Positions 1 through 12,656 of a stretch of 32,000 nucleotides of DNA are shown here, piece by piece. The notes under the pieces are model-generated. The model did not search any database, had not been told where the DNA came from, and was given only the letters and a program-made list of their open reading frames with translations. Position 1 is the first letter of the stretch, and each line of letters begins with the position of its first letter. A program made the translations under genes and the position numbers. The DNA comes from Erysipelothrix inopinata. Lineage in GTDB: Bacteria; Bacillota_I; Bacilli_A; Erysipelotrichales; Erysipelotrichaceae. The stretch is taken from assembly GCF_014396165.1 (NCBI RefSeq), contig NZ_CP060715.1, positions 720,001-752,000 on the forward strand, in the 5' to 3' direction.

Positions 1-186
1 ATCGCTGGGTAGCTAAGTATGGACTGGATAAGCGCTGAAAGCATCTAAGCACGAAGCCAACTCCAAGATGAGATTTCCCATACGTAAGTAGTAAGACCCC
101 TGAGAGACGATCAGGTTGATAGGTCAGAGGTGGAAGCATAGTGATATGTGTAGCTGACTGATACTAATAGGTCGAGGTTTTAATCA
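1..186 (+). rRNA. rrl: 23S rRNA, 3' terminal fragment (operon cut by window start)
   Basis: Bases 1-415 read identical to 7984-8398, the tail of the complete downstream operon. It ends in the conserved ACTAATAGGTCGAGG terminal helix. Confidence 0.9.
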
Positions 187-263
187 CACAAAGACAACAT
201 TCGAAAAGATATCGAAATTTCTGTTATTCAGTTTTGAGAGATTATCTCTCAGCAATGCCAGGA

Positions 264-377
264 TCTGGTGATTCTAGCGAAGTGGTCACACCTGTTCCCA
301 TCTCGAACACAGAAGTTAAGCACTTTAGCGGCGACAATATCTAGCCAAGCGCTAGTGAAGATAGCTCATTGCCAGGT
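264..377 (+). rRNA. rrf: 5S rRNA
   Basis: About 114 nt with the Firmicute 5S core GTGGTCACACCTGTTCCCATCTCGAACACAGAAGTTAAGC. The 5' CTGGTGA pairs with the 3' TCATTGCCAG to form helix I. Confidence 0.85.
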
Positions 378-381
378 AATT

Positions 382-407
382 AGACATCCTTATGGATGTC
401 TTTTTTT
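382..407 (+). terminator. Rho-independent terminator of rRNA operon
   Basis: Stem AGACATCC / GGATGTCT with a TTAT loop, followed by a T7 run. Confidence 0.8.
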
Positions 408-439
408 ATGGTATACTTAGATTAGAACGGAGATAAATT

Positions 440-1363
440 ATGCGAAAATTTAATCTAGGTACAAGTGATTTAGAAGTTTCAACAGTAGGTTTAGGATGTA
501 TGCGAATGGCAAATAAGTCGGTTGATGAAGCGATAGCCATTATTCAAGCTGCACTTGATAGTAATATTAACTTTTTTGATCATGCGGATATTTATGGAGA
601 TGGAAAATCTGAGATCATTTTTGGTGAAGCCATTAAACGTATGAAAATAGATCGCAGTGATATTATCATTCAATCAAAATGTGGCATTAACAAAGTTGAT
701 GGAACCTTTGACTTCTCTAAAGAGCACATTCTTAAAAGTGTTGATGAAATATTAGAGAGATTACAAATGGATTACTTGGATGTGTTATTACTTCACCGAC
801 CAGATGCCTTGGTTGAGCCAGAAGAAGTTGCGGAAGCATTTAAGATATTAAAAGATTCAGGTAAAGTTAAGTATTTTGGTGTATCAAATCAAAGTAGCAT
901 GATGATAGATCTTTTACAGAGAAGTGTTGAAGATAAGTTGATTGTAAACCAAATGCAATTTAGTTTAATGCATTCGCCATTGGTTGATTATGGAATGAAT
1001 GTGAATATGGCTACAAATCCAGGTATTGATAGAAGTCAGGGAATGATCGAATATGCACGCTTGAATAATATTACGATTCAAGCTTGGTCTCCATTTTATG
1101 CTGGTTTCTTTGAGGCGGTGTTCGTAGATAATGATGATTACCCCGAAGTTAATGTGGCCCTTCAATTGCTTGCAGATAAATACAACGTTTCAAAAGAAGC
1201 TATTGCTGTAGCGTGGATTGATCGCCATCCTGCAAATATTCAAACTATTGTAGGAAGTATGAATCCAGATCGTATCAAAAGGATTTCGAAAGTATCAAAT
1301 GTTTCTTTAAGTAGAAAAGAATGGTACGACTTATACAAAGCTGCAGGAAATATATTACTCTGA
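440..1363 (+). CDS. Aldo/keto reductase family oxidoreductase
   Basis: 307-aa ORF with an AKR-like N-terminus (LGTSDLEVSTVGLGCM, FFDHADIYGDGKSE, LLLHRPD). The SD GGAGA lies upstream. It ends in a tandem TGA TGA. Confidence 0.8.
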   Translation: MRKFNLGTSDLEVSTVGLGCMRMANKSVDEAIAIIQAALDSNINFFDHADIYGDGKSEIIFGEAIKRMKIDRSDIIIQSKCGINKVDGTFDFSKEHILKSVDEILERLQMDYLDVLLLHRPDALVEPEEVAEAFKILKDSGKVKYFGVSNQSSMMIDLLQRSVEDKLIVNQMQFSLMHSPLVDYGMNVNMATNPGIDRSQGMIEYARLNNITIQAWSPFYAGFFEAVFVDNDDYPEVNVALQLLADKYNVSKEAIAVAWIDRHPANIQTIVGSMNPDRIKRISKVSNVSLSRKEWYDLYKAAGNILL

Positions 1364-1407
1364 TGATCGAGAACTAATTCATCAATTAATATGAAATTAT
1401 TAGATTA

Positions 1408-1455
1408 CACGATATATCATGAAGTATTGAATTTTCACGATATATCGTGTATTAT
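1408..1455 (+). promoter_or_regulatory. Predicted sigma-A promoter with two copies of a 14-bp palindromic operator-like motif
   Basis: TTGAAT (1427-1432), a 17-nt spacer, then TATTAT (1450-1455). The perfect palindrome CACGATATATCGTG (1436-1449) fills the spacer. A 13/14 copy, CACGATATATCATG, sits at 1408-1421. Confidence 0.5.
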
Positions 1456-1473
1456 ATTGACAGAGGTGATATT

Positions 1474-2130
1474 ATGTATATAGCACTAATTGGAGATATT
1501 ATTAATTCTAAAGAATATCTAAATCGTAATGAGATTCAAAATTTACTTCGTAATAAGATAGACTCACTAAATAATAAGTACAAGAAAGATCTTAAATCAC
1601 CAATCACAATCACATTGGGTGATGAATTTCAGTGTTTAATTAAGAACGTGAAGGTTTGCTTTCTCATCATTGACGAACTCAGTCTCTATCTTAGTCTAGA
1701 GGGTGTAGAGTTAAGATTTGGAATTGGTGTAGGAATGATTAGTACTGACATTGACGAGGGTATTAGTATTGGTGCTGATGGTCCTGCATATTGGAGTGCT
1801 AGAGAAGCAATTCAAATCGTACATCGAGATCATGACAATCGAAATACATCCACTTATCTAAAAATAACTGATGAGAATAACGAATCATTCTTTAATTCTA
1901 TTGTGAGACTGCAGGATTTGATTAGAAATAATTGGACCCAAACTCAAAAACAATTTGTTTACGAAATTATTTCAGACTTCGGATATGAGCAAATTGTTCC
2001 GAGAACTCTGGTCGAGACGATGAATTTCTCATCATCGCAGGTTTCTAACAGACTGGCCTCGACGGCGATTAGGCAATACGTAACGTCACGTATCGAACTC
2101 TCAAAACAAGTTAGTTTGGAGGATATTTAA
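1474..2130 (+). CDS. SatD-family protein (putative regulator with a C-terminal HTH-like region)
   Basis: MYIALIGDIINSK and ITLGDEFQ match my recollection of the SatD family. I prefer the ATG at 1474 (SD AGAGGTGA at 1463-1470) over the GTG at 1447 given by the track. Confidence 0.6.
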   Translation: MYIALIGDIINSKEYLNRNEIQNLLRNKIDSLNNKYKKDLKSPITITLGDEFQCLIKNVKVCFLIIDELSLYLSLEGVELRFGIGVGMISTDIDEGISIGADGPAYWSAREAIQIVHRDHDNRNTSTYLKITDENNESFFNSIVRLQDLIRNNWTQTQKQFVYEIISDFGYEQIVPRTLVETMNFSSSQVSNRLASTAIRQYVTSRIELSKQVSLEDI

Positions 2131-3009
2131 ATGATTTATTTTTATATTATTTCGCATGTTTTAGGCGATTTCTATCTTCAATCCCAAGAACTCTCCGACT
2201 ATAAAGCAGTATCTCGAGCAGGAGTGAGAATTCACAATATCCAATATGCTCTGGCTTTTATGATGGTGATGATACTGAGAATAGTTATATTACGAAATTT
2301 GTCCGCTATATTACCAGACTTTATACTAACTCTAATATTTGTTTCTATTCATGCAACAATTGATATTATTAAGTTTCGAGTAACGAAAACTGCTTATTAT
2401 AAAAATATTCCGTACTCCAAACTCGACTATAAATTAAAACGAGATCGGTTTGTAGAGAGTACAAGATTCGACTTTTTTAGAAAAATAGCGATGAATGATA
2501 TCCCTAGTAATGATAGTAAAGATAAATCATCCAGCAGTGGTAGAAAACCTCTAGCACCAATCACAATATTTGGAATAGATCAATTCTGCCATCTTTTTTC
2601 AATAGTAGCGATTTCCTTACTTGCGCGCAACATATATGGATATTCATTTAATCCTGAACTATCAGGATATGACTTTCAAGTTTTATTAAGAATGACGCTC
2701 GCAATACTTCTAGTTGGGAAACCGGCAAATGTTTTAATAGTCATGTTGACAGAACGATTCGATCCTAAGACTACGAAGATTGATGAAGGTCTTGCGGGAG
2801 CGGGAGCGCGAATGGGAACATTGGAGCGACTCTTAAGTTTACTGTTTCTTTCGCAAAATCTCGTCAGTGGAATCGCCGTTGTATTCACATTGAAGGGAAT
2901 TGCAAGATATAAGAAAATCTCAGAAGATGCAAAATTCGCTGAATATTTCGTTATAGGAACATTTACAAGTTTGTTGATTGTCTTTATCGTATATTTATTT
3001 ATATTATAA
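2131..3009 (+). CDS. DUF3307-type integral membrane protein
   Basis: It starts HVLGDFYLQS and later has IDQFCH, which are DUF3307 hallmarks as I recall them. There are multiple hydrophobic helices. Its ATG directly abuts the TAA of the upstream gene, with GGAGGA upstream. Confidence 0.6.
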   Translation: MIYFYIISHVLGDFYLQSQELSDYKAVSRAGVRIHNIQYALAFMMVMILRIVILRNLSAILPDFILTLIFVSIHATIDIIKFRVTKTAYYKNIPYSKLDYKLKRDRFVESTRFDFFRKIAMNDIPSNDSKDKSSSSGRKPLAPITIFGIDQFCHLFSIVAISLLARNIYGYSFNPELSGYDFQVLLRMTLAILLVGKPANVLIVMLTERFDPKTTKIDEGLAGAGARMGTLERLLSLLFLSQNLVSGIAVVFTLKGIARYKKISEDAKFAEYFVIGTFTSLLIVFIVYLFIL

Positions 3010-3013
3010 AAGA

Positions 3014-3045
3014 AGAAATTGATGGCCACATCAATCTCTTTTTTT
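3014..3045 (+). terminator. Rho-independent terminator
   Basis: Stem AGAAATTGATG / CATCAATCTCT (one mismatch) with a GCCA loop and a T7 run. Confidence 0.7.
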
Positions 3046-3276
3046 ATGGATTAAAGATTTTACGGTGACAACCAATAGATGTGTAACCGCTTTGATTTCA
3101 TTAAATAAAAATTTAATAAAAATAAAGAAATATTTTGCATAAAAACTTTTTTGCAAACAAGTGTAAAAAGAGTGGAATATATATAGATAATTACAGAAAA
3201 AAATATACTTAAAAAGCCTGTTTAGTGGCTATTTCGACTGTTTTTAAAAATAAAAAAAATAAAAGTGAAAAAAGCG

Positions 3277-3305
3277 TTGACAGGGTGTTGAGGTAATGAT
3301 ATTAT
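3277..3305 (+). promoter_or_regulatory. rRNA operon promoter
   Basis: TTGACA (3277-3282), a 17-nt spacer, then TATTAT (3300-3305). It is preceded by an A/T-rich UP-like tract (3240-3272) and lies about 125 nt upstream of the 16S. Confidence 0.7.
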
Positions 3306-3338
3306 GTACAAGCGCTAAGGGAAACCGGCGCAGCAAAT

Positions 3339-3357
3339 GGTCTTTGAAAACTGAACA
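3339..3357 (+). promoter_or_regulatory. boxA-like antitermination element in the rRNA leader
   Basis: GGTCTTTGAAAACTGAACA resembles the Bacillus rrn leader TGTTCTTTGAAAACTAAACA. It recurs in the 16S-23S spacer. Confidence 0.5.
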
Positions 3358-3429
3358 GGAAACGTCAATTTCAAGTAAATAAAAACAAAACAAAACAAAC
3401 TCGTCAGAGTTAAAAAAATGAGAAAGAAT

Positions 3430-4973
<1,544 letters not shown>

Positions 4974-5058
4974 AGGAGTAATATTTTAGAAAGACGTGAA
5001 ATTGACAAAATAGTTTCCTGTTTAGTTTTGAGAGGCTGTAAGCATCTCAGAAATGAAT

Positions 5059-5077
5059 GATCTTTGAAAACTGAATA
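5059..5077 (+). promoter_or_regulatory. boxA-like element in the 16S-23S spacer
   Basis: GATCTTTGAAAACTGAATA is a near repeat of the leader element at 3339-3357. Confidence 0.45.
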
Positions 5078-5262
5078 ACAGAAGAGATAGATAGACATTA
5101 AAAGTTATCAACAGAATATCTTTTCGAATAGTTGTAATAACTAGATTTACATCAAGTTAAACAAACAGTAACTTAAGCAATAAAAAAATAAGCGAACACA
5201 CGTTTATCAAGCGATAAACATAAAAAACTGATTTTAAATAGATCAGGCGCGAAATTACATGT

Positions 5263-8169
<2,907 letters not shown>

Positions 8170-8246
8170 CACAAAGACAACATTCGAAAAGATATCGAAA
8201 TTTCTGTTATTCAGTTTTGAGAGATTATCTCTCAGCAATGCCAGGA

Positions 8247-8360
8247 TCTGGTGATTCTAGCGAAGTGGTCACACCTGTTCCCATCTCGAACACAGAAGTT
8301 AAGCACTTTAGCGGCGACAATATCTAGCCAAGCGCTAGTGAAGATAGCTCATTGCCAGGT
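8247..8360 (+). rRNA. rrf: 5S rRNA
   Basis: Identical to 264-377. Confidence 0.85.
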
Positions 8361-8364
8361 AATT

Positions 8365-8390
8365 AGACATCCTTATGGATGTCTTTTTTT
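8365..8390 (+). terminator. Rho-independent terminator of rRNA operon
   Basis: Identical to the hairpin plus T-run at 382-407. Confidence 0.8.
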
Positions 8391-8427
8391 ATGGTATAAT
8401 GGTTTAGAAAGATATCGAGGGAAAAAT

Positions 8428-8859
8428 ATGATACGTTTGATGGAAATACCTGAAATTGATGAAGTCATGGACCTTTGGATAAATACAAACTTTGAGGTAC
8501 ATGACTACGTTGATTCTTCTTATTGGAGAGAAAATTACGATAGTTTTAAGGAAATGTTAGAAAATGCTAACATATATGTTTCTGTGGATAATAATCGAAT
8601 AAATGGATTCGCTGGTGTGCTAGGTGGTCATTATCTTGCTGGTATATTTGTAGATACTGTTTCAAGAAATAAAGGGATTGGCAAAGATTTGATGAATTAT
8701 CTTAAAGAACGATATGATGAGTTAACTTTGAATGTTTACCAACAGAATAAAAAAGCTATCAAGTTCTATGAACGAGAAGGGTTTGTAGTCATTGATGAAG
8801 ATGTTGAAGAGGAAACTAATATACCTGAATTTACAATGGCTTGGCCAGAAAATCTATAA
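8428..8859 (+). CDS. GNAT family N-acetyltransferase
   Basis: The ORF from the ATG at 8428 (MIRLMEIPEID) has the acetyl-CoA motif RNKGIGKDLM and FYEREGF. The track ORF start at 8251 runs through the 5S rRNA and terminator and is rejected. Confidence 0.8.
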   Translation: MIRLMEIPEIDEVMDLWINTNFEVHDYVDSSYWRENYDSFKEMLENANIYVSVDNNRINGFAGVLGGHYLAGIFVDTVSRNKGIGKDLMNYLKERYDELTLNVYQQNKKAIKFYEREGFVVIDEDVEEETNIPEFTMAWPENL

Positions 8860-8965
8860 TATACGTAATAAGGTAATACTAAAAATAGAGTAGAATAGTA
8901 CAAAATCGTGTGGGGACGCGGTTTTTTAGACTTTGTATGAGACCATAGATGAGAGGAAAGTATGT

Positions 8966-9658
8966 ATGGCATTTAAAGATATAGTTATACGATTGGGGTT
9001 AACATTAGTTTTTTCAGGGCTAATTGGTCTTGAGAGAGAAAAAAACCAAAGTAATGCCGGTATTAAAACACATTTACTAGTGGGAATAGGAGCAACTATC
9101 ATTGCACTTATCCAACAACACATTATTTTTGATACATTACAGTATGCAAGAATTCATCCAGATCTGATTGGATCGGTTCGGTCAGATCCAGCACGACTAA
9201 TCGCGCAAGTCGTAAGTGGTATTGGTTTCTTAGGTGCTGGGACAATTATAGTGACAAATAAAAATATATCAGGGCTTACGACTGCTGCTTCAATATGGAC
9301 AACTGCAGCATTAGGTCTTGCACTAGGTATGGGTTACTATGAGTTAGCCTTTCTAGGTTTTCTTGCAACAATGATTGTTTTATATATTATGAAACGAATC
9401 ATTGGCGAGAGTTTACCACACAAGCTAGTAGTTAAGTATATCGGTGGCCATAAGGTAGAACATGAAATTATTGAAACTCTTAATAGCTTTCAACTAGAAA
9501 TTCACCGTGTTCAATACTCAGTAGAACTTTATGGTAACGAAAAAATATATACTTATGTATATGAAATACACGGTGGTAAGAAAATAACATTTGATGAATT
9601 GCAACATGAGCTTTCAAAAAATGATAATATCGTTTCAATTCAGTCTACAAATATATAG
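8966..9658 (+). CDS. mgtC: MgtC/SapB family membrane protein
   Basis: LGLTLVFSGLIGLEREKNQSNAGIKTHLLVGIGA is the MgtC signature. I prefer the ATG at 8966, with SD GAGAGGAAAG at 8951-8960. Confidence 0.8.
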   Translation: MAFKDIVIRLGLTLVFSGLIGLEREKNQSNAGIKTHLLVGIGATIIALIQQHIIFDTLQYARIHPDLIGSVRSDPARLIAQVVSGIGFLGAGTIIVTNKNISGLTTAASIWTTAALGLALGMGYYELAFLGFLATMIVLYIMKRIIGESLPHKLVVKYIGGHKVEHEIIETLNSFQLEIHRVQYSVELYGNEKIYTYVYEIHGGKKITFDELQHELSKNDNIVSIQSTNI

Positions 9659-9666
9659 GAGTCATA

Positions 9667-10431
9667 ATGAATAAGTATAATGTTGCGAGACAATCTGTAC
9701 TCGAAGCAGGTTCTCTCATAAAAAATATGATGCAAGAAGACATTCAGGTTGATATTAAAAGCTCTGCTTCTGATTTTGTAACCAATGTCGATAAGCAAGT
9801 TGAAAAATTCCTAGTCGATACAATCAACAATTCATTTCCTAATCAAAACTATTTGACAGAGGAAAATACACGGGACTTTATAGGTCTTGAAAACCTTTGG
9901 ATTATTGACCCTATCGATGGAACGACTAACTTTGTATATAAAAAAAGGGATTTTTGTATATCACTCGCCTACTATGAAAAAGGGATGCCAGTTTTTGGTT
10001 TAGTTTATGATGTTATGAACAATGAACTGTTTGAAGCAAAAACAGGTAATGGTGCTTTCCTAAATGGAGAGAAACTCGCTTTGCTTGATCAGAAGAGACC
10101 TCTGAGTGAATCCGTTATTTCTGGAGATGTTTATCGACCAAACTTTTTTAAAGCAACTCCCTCAGAAATTAAGAGGCAAATTATTGCCCATAGATTTTTA
10201 GGGTCAGGTGCACTCGAGATTTGTCATGTTGCAGCAAATATGTCGCAAGCTTATGTATTCAATAGTTTGAAAGTTTGGGATTGTGCTGCTGCGGTAATTA
10301 TTTTGACAGAAGTAGGTGGAACGTTCCTTATGGGAACACAGGTCAATCAATTAGTATTCGATCAACAAGGTCACTTATTTATTGGTGCAGCAAACTCACT
10401 GATTATGAAAGGAATTGAAACATGGTTATAA
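9667..10431 (+). CDS. Inositol monophosphatase family protein (paralogue 1)
   Basis: Motifs EENT, WIIDPIDGTTNF and a late VWDCAAA are the IMPase/SuhB metal-binding signature. Confidence 0.85.
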   Translation: MNKYNVARQSVLEAGSLIKNMMQEDIQVDIKSSASDFVTNVDKQVEKFLVDTINNSFPNQNYLTEENTRDFIGLENLWIIDPIDGTTNFVYKKRDFCISLAYYEKGMPVFGLVYDVMNNELFEAKTGNGAFLNGEKLALLDQKRPLSESVISGDVYRPNFFKATPSEIKRQIIAHRFLGSGALEICHVAANMSQAYVFNSLKVWDCAAAVIILTEVGGTFLMGTQVNQLVFDQQGHLFIGAANSLIMKGIETWL

Positions 10432-11192
10432 ATGAAAAATTAGAATTCGCAAAAAAGGTCGTCTACGAAAGTGGCGAACTTATAAAACAACAAATGAAAG
10501 AATCACTAACTGTCGACACTAAACAAAATAAACATGACTTTGTTACCAATGTTGATAAGTCTACAGAAATCTATATTGTGAAGCAAATTAAAGATAAATA
10601 TGAGAATCAAGATTTTATCACTGAGGAGAAAAGTGTAAGTTATTTAGGAAATTCTCAGGTTTGGGTCTTAGATCCAATTGATGGAACGACCAACTTCATT
10701 TATCAAAAACAAAACTTCGCTGTCTCCTTAGCATATTACGAGGATGGAAAGCCTGTCTTTGGTATTGTTTACGATGTGACTCGTGACGAGATGTTTGTGG
10801 GTATAGATGGTGAAGGCAGTTATTTAAATGACCAAAAACTTCCCAATTTGGATCAAGATACGGATTTAGAAGATGCCATTGTAAGTAGTGATTTACCAAC
10901 ACTTAGACTGTATGATGAAGCATTAGAGAAGAAAATGATGGTGCACCGATACGTAGGTGCAGCAGCACTCGATACGTGTAATATAGCAAGTGGTCGTTCT
11001 CATGTTTATATTGCGCGACGACTTAAAGTGTGGGATATTGGTGCTGCAAATATTATTCTTAATGAAGTTGGTGGTAAAAGTCTAATTGATGGCGATGAAA
11101 CACTACAACTTGTTACTACTTCAGTTGTCTATATGGCAGCCAGTAATGAAAGAATACTTAATGAACTCGTAAAATACTATAAGGGGAAGTAA
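10422..11192 (+). CDS. Inositol monophosphatase family protein (paralogue 2)
   Basis: Motifs TEEKS, WVLDPIDGTTNF and VWDIGAA. The start overlaps the upstream stop by 10 nt. Confidence 0.85.
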   Translation: MVINEKLEFAKKVVYESGELIKQQMKESLTVDTKQNKHDFVTNVDKSTEIYIVKQIKDKYENQDFITEEKSVSYLGNSQVWVLDPIDGTTNFIYQKQNFAVSLAYYEDGKPVFGIVYDVTRDEMFVGIDGEGSYLNDQKLPNLDQDTDLEDAIVSSDLPTLRLYDEALEKKMMVHRYVGAAALDTCNIASGRSHVYIARRLKVWDIGAANIILNEVGGKSLIDGDETLQLVTTSVVYMAASNERILNELVKYYKGK

Positions 11193-11196
11193 GCGA

Positions 11197-11838
11197 ATGT
11201 TGGAAGGAATAATTTTTGATTTTGATGGTGTTATTATCGATACTGAATATGAATGGTATCCGATTATTATGGATTGGTTTAAAGAAACACATGATTATGA
11301 CTTATTGATGGAAGAGTATCTTATGTGTATTGGTTCTAATTCAAATAAAATGCTTAAAATTGTAAGTGAAAAAATAGGAACTGAAATCACGATAGATGAT
11401 TATCATGATGCAATATTTCCAACGTTCAAAGAGAATACACAAAAATTACCAGCTATGTCAGGTGTTGAAGCTCTCATGAAGGATGCAAAAGCAAAAGGTT
11501 TAAAGATAGCAATCGCAACAAGTTCACCACGTAACCATCCTTTAACTCATTTAAAAAGGCTTGACCTTCTTGAGTATGTTGATGTTATTGTTGGTGGAGA
11601 TGAAGTGGAAAATATTAAACCGGAGCCAGACTTATTTAATAAAGCGCAACAGTTACTGGGAATAGATAATGATAAACTTATAATTTTTGAAGATTCGCTC
11701 AATGGATTACATGCTGGCGTTAAAGCAGGGATTGATGTCATTGTGGTTCCGAATCGCATTACAAAACATCTTAAATTTGAGGGTCATCATGACATGATTG
11801 AATCACTGGATCATTTTGATTTGGAATCATATTTGTAA
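11197..11838 (+). CDS. HAD-superfamily hydrolase (subfamily IA phosphatase)
   Basis: HAD motif I is FDFDGVIIDTE, followed by IATSS and a late EDSLNG. Confidence 0.8.
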   Translation: MLEGIIFDFDGVIIDTEYEWYPIIMDWFKETHDYDLLMEEYLMCIGSNSNKMLKIVSEKIGTEITIDDYHDAIFPTFKENTQKLPAMSGVEALMKDAKAKGLKIAIATSSPRNHPLTHLKRLDLLEYVDVIVGGDEVENIKPEPDLFNKAQQLLGIDNDKLIIFEDSLNGLHAGVKAGIDVIVVPNRITKHLKFEGHHDMIESLDHFDLESYL

Positions 11839-11917
11839 AAAAGCAATATACCCCCATGAGCATATTGTTAGCCGAAAATAATAGAAACAGTTAGAATATT
11901 CATGAGAGGTGACAATT

Positions 11918-12595
11918 ATGAAAATTCAAATTTGGTCAGATTTTGTATGTCCATTTTGCTACATTGGTAAAAGACATTTAGAACAAGCATTAAAAGAATC
12001 CGGAAGAGATGATGTGGAAATTGAAATGATGAGTTACGAGTTGGATCCTGATTTTGTTGATCAACCCGGAATGTCTGTAGATCAAATGCTAGCAAATAAG
12101 TATGGAATGTCGTTAAGTGAAGCAAGAAGTAATAATGCACGTGTTAAAGAAATGGCAGCAAACGCAGGCCTTAACTATGACTTTGATGCAATGAAGCATT
12201 CAAATACTTTTAAAGCTCACAAGGTATTCCAACTAGCGAAAATTCAAGGCTTGGGACATGAAGTGAGTGAGAAATTCTTATCGGGGTATTTTGAAAAAGG
12301 TGCTTACTTAAATGATGATGAACAACTTGTTAAACTTGCTGTTGAAGCAGGAATGAAGGAAGAAGATGTTCGTAAGGCACTTGATTCCGATGAAGTTGGA
12401 TTAAAAGTACGTCAAGATGAACAATGGTCACAAATGATTGGTGCTAAAGGTGTACCACATTTTGTTTTCGATGACAAAGTATCATTATCAGGAGCACAAC
12501 CTGTTGAAACATTTAAACAAGCATTAGAATATGTTGAAAATCTTCCTAAGGAAGAAAACGTTGGAATGTGCGAAGATGGAGTTTGCAAAGTTTAG
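11918..12595 (+). CDS. DsbA/FrnE-like thiol-disulfide oxidoreductase
   Basis: MKIQIWSDFVCPFCYIGK carries the CPFC active site and GVPHFVF lies near the C-terminus. I prefer the ATG at 11918, with SD GAGAGGTGA. Confidence 0.8.
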   Translation: MKIQIWSDFVCPFCYIGKRHLEQALKESGRDDVEIEMMSYELDPDFVDQPGMSVDQMLANKYGMSLSEARSNNARVKEMAANAGLNYDFDAMKHSNTFKAHKVFQLAKIQGLGHEVSEKFLSGYFEKGAYLNDDEQLVKLAVEAGMKEEDVRKALDSDEVGLKVRQDEQWSQMIGAKGVPHFVFDDKVSLSGAQPVETFKQALEYVENLPKEENVGMCEDGVCKV

Positions 12596-12618
12596 GAATC
12601 ATGTTATGATTCCTTTTT
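12594..12618 (+). terminator. Rho-independent terminator
   Basis: Stem AGGAATCAT / ATGATTCCT with a GTT loop and a T run. Confidence 0.75.
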
Positions 12619-12656
12619 AATTGTAATGCTCAGGTGCTTATCGAGGAGGAATAATT

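Noticed and set aside
3151-3180. A second upstream rRNA promoter (TTGCAA at 3151-3156 with GAATAT or TATATA about 18-19 nt downstream).
   Set aside because: The spacing and the -10 are poor compared with the clear TTGACA-17-TATTAT promoter at 3277-3305. Tandem rrn promoters are common, but this one is not convincing from sequence alone.
8251-8427. An N-terminal extension of the GNAT ORF (track start 8251).
   Set aside because: The extension reads through the 5S rRNA and its terminator. The same sequence occurs at 268-415 after the other operon, where it is not followed by this gene. The ATG at 8428 is the sensible start.
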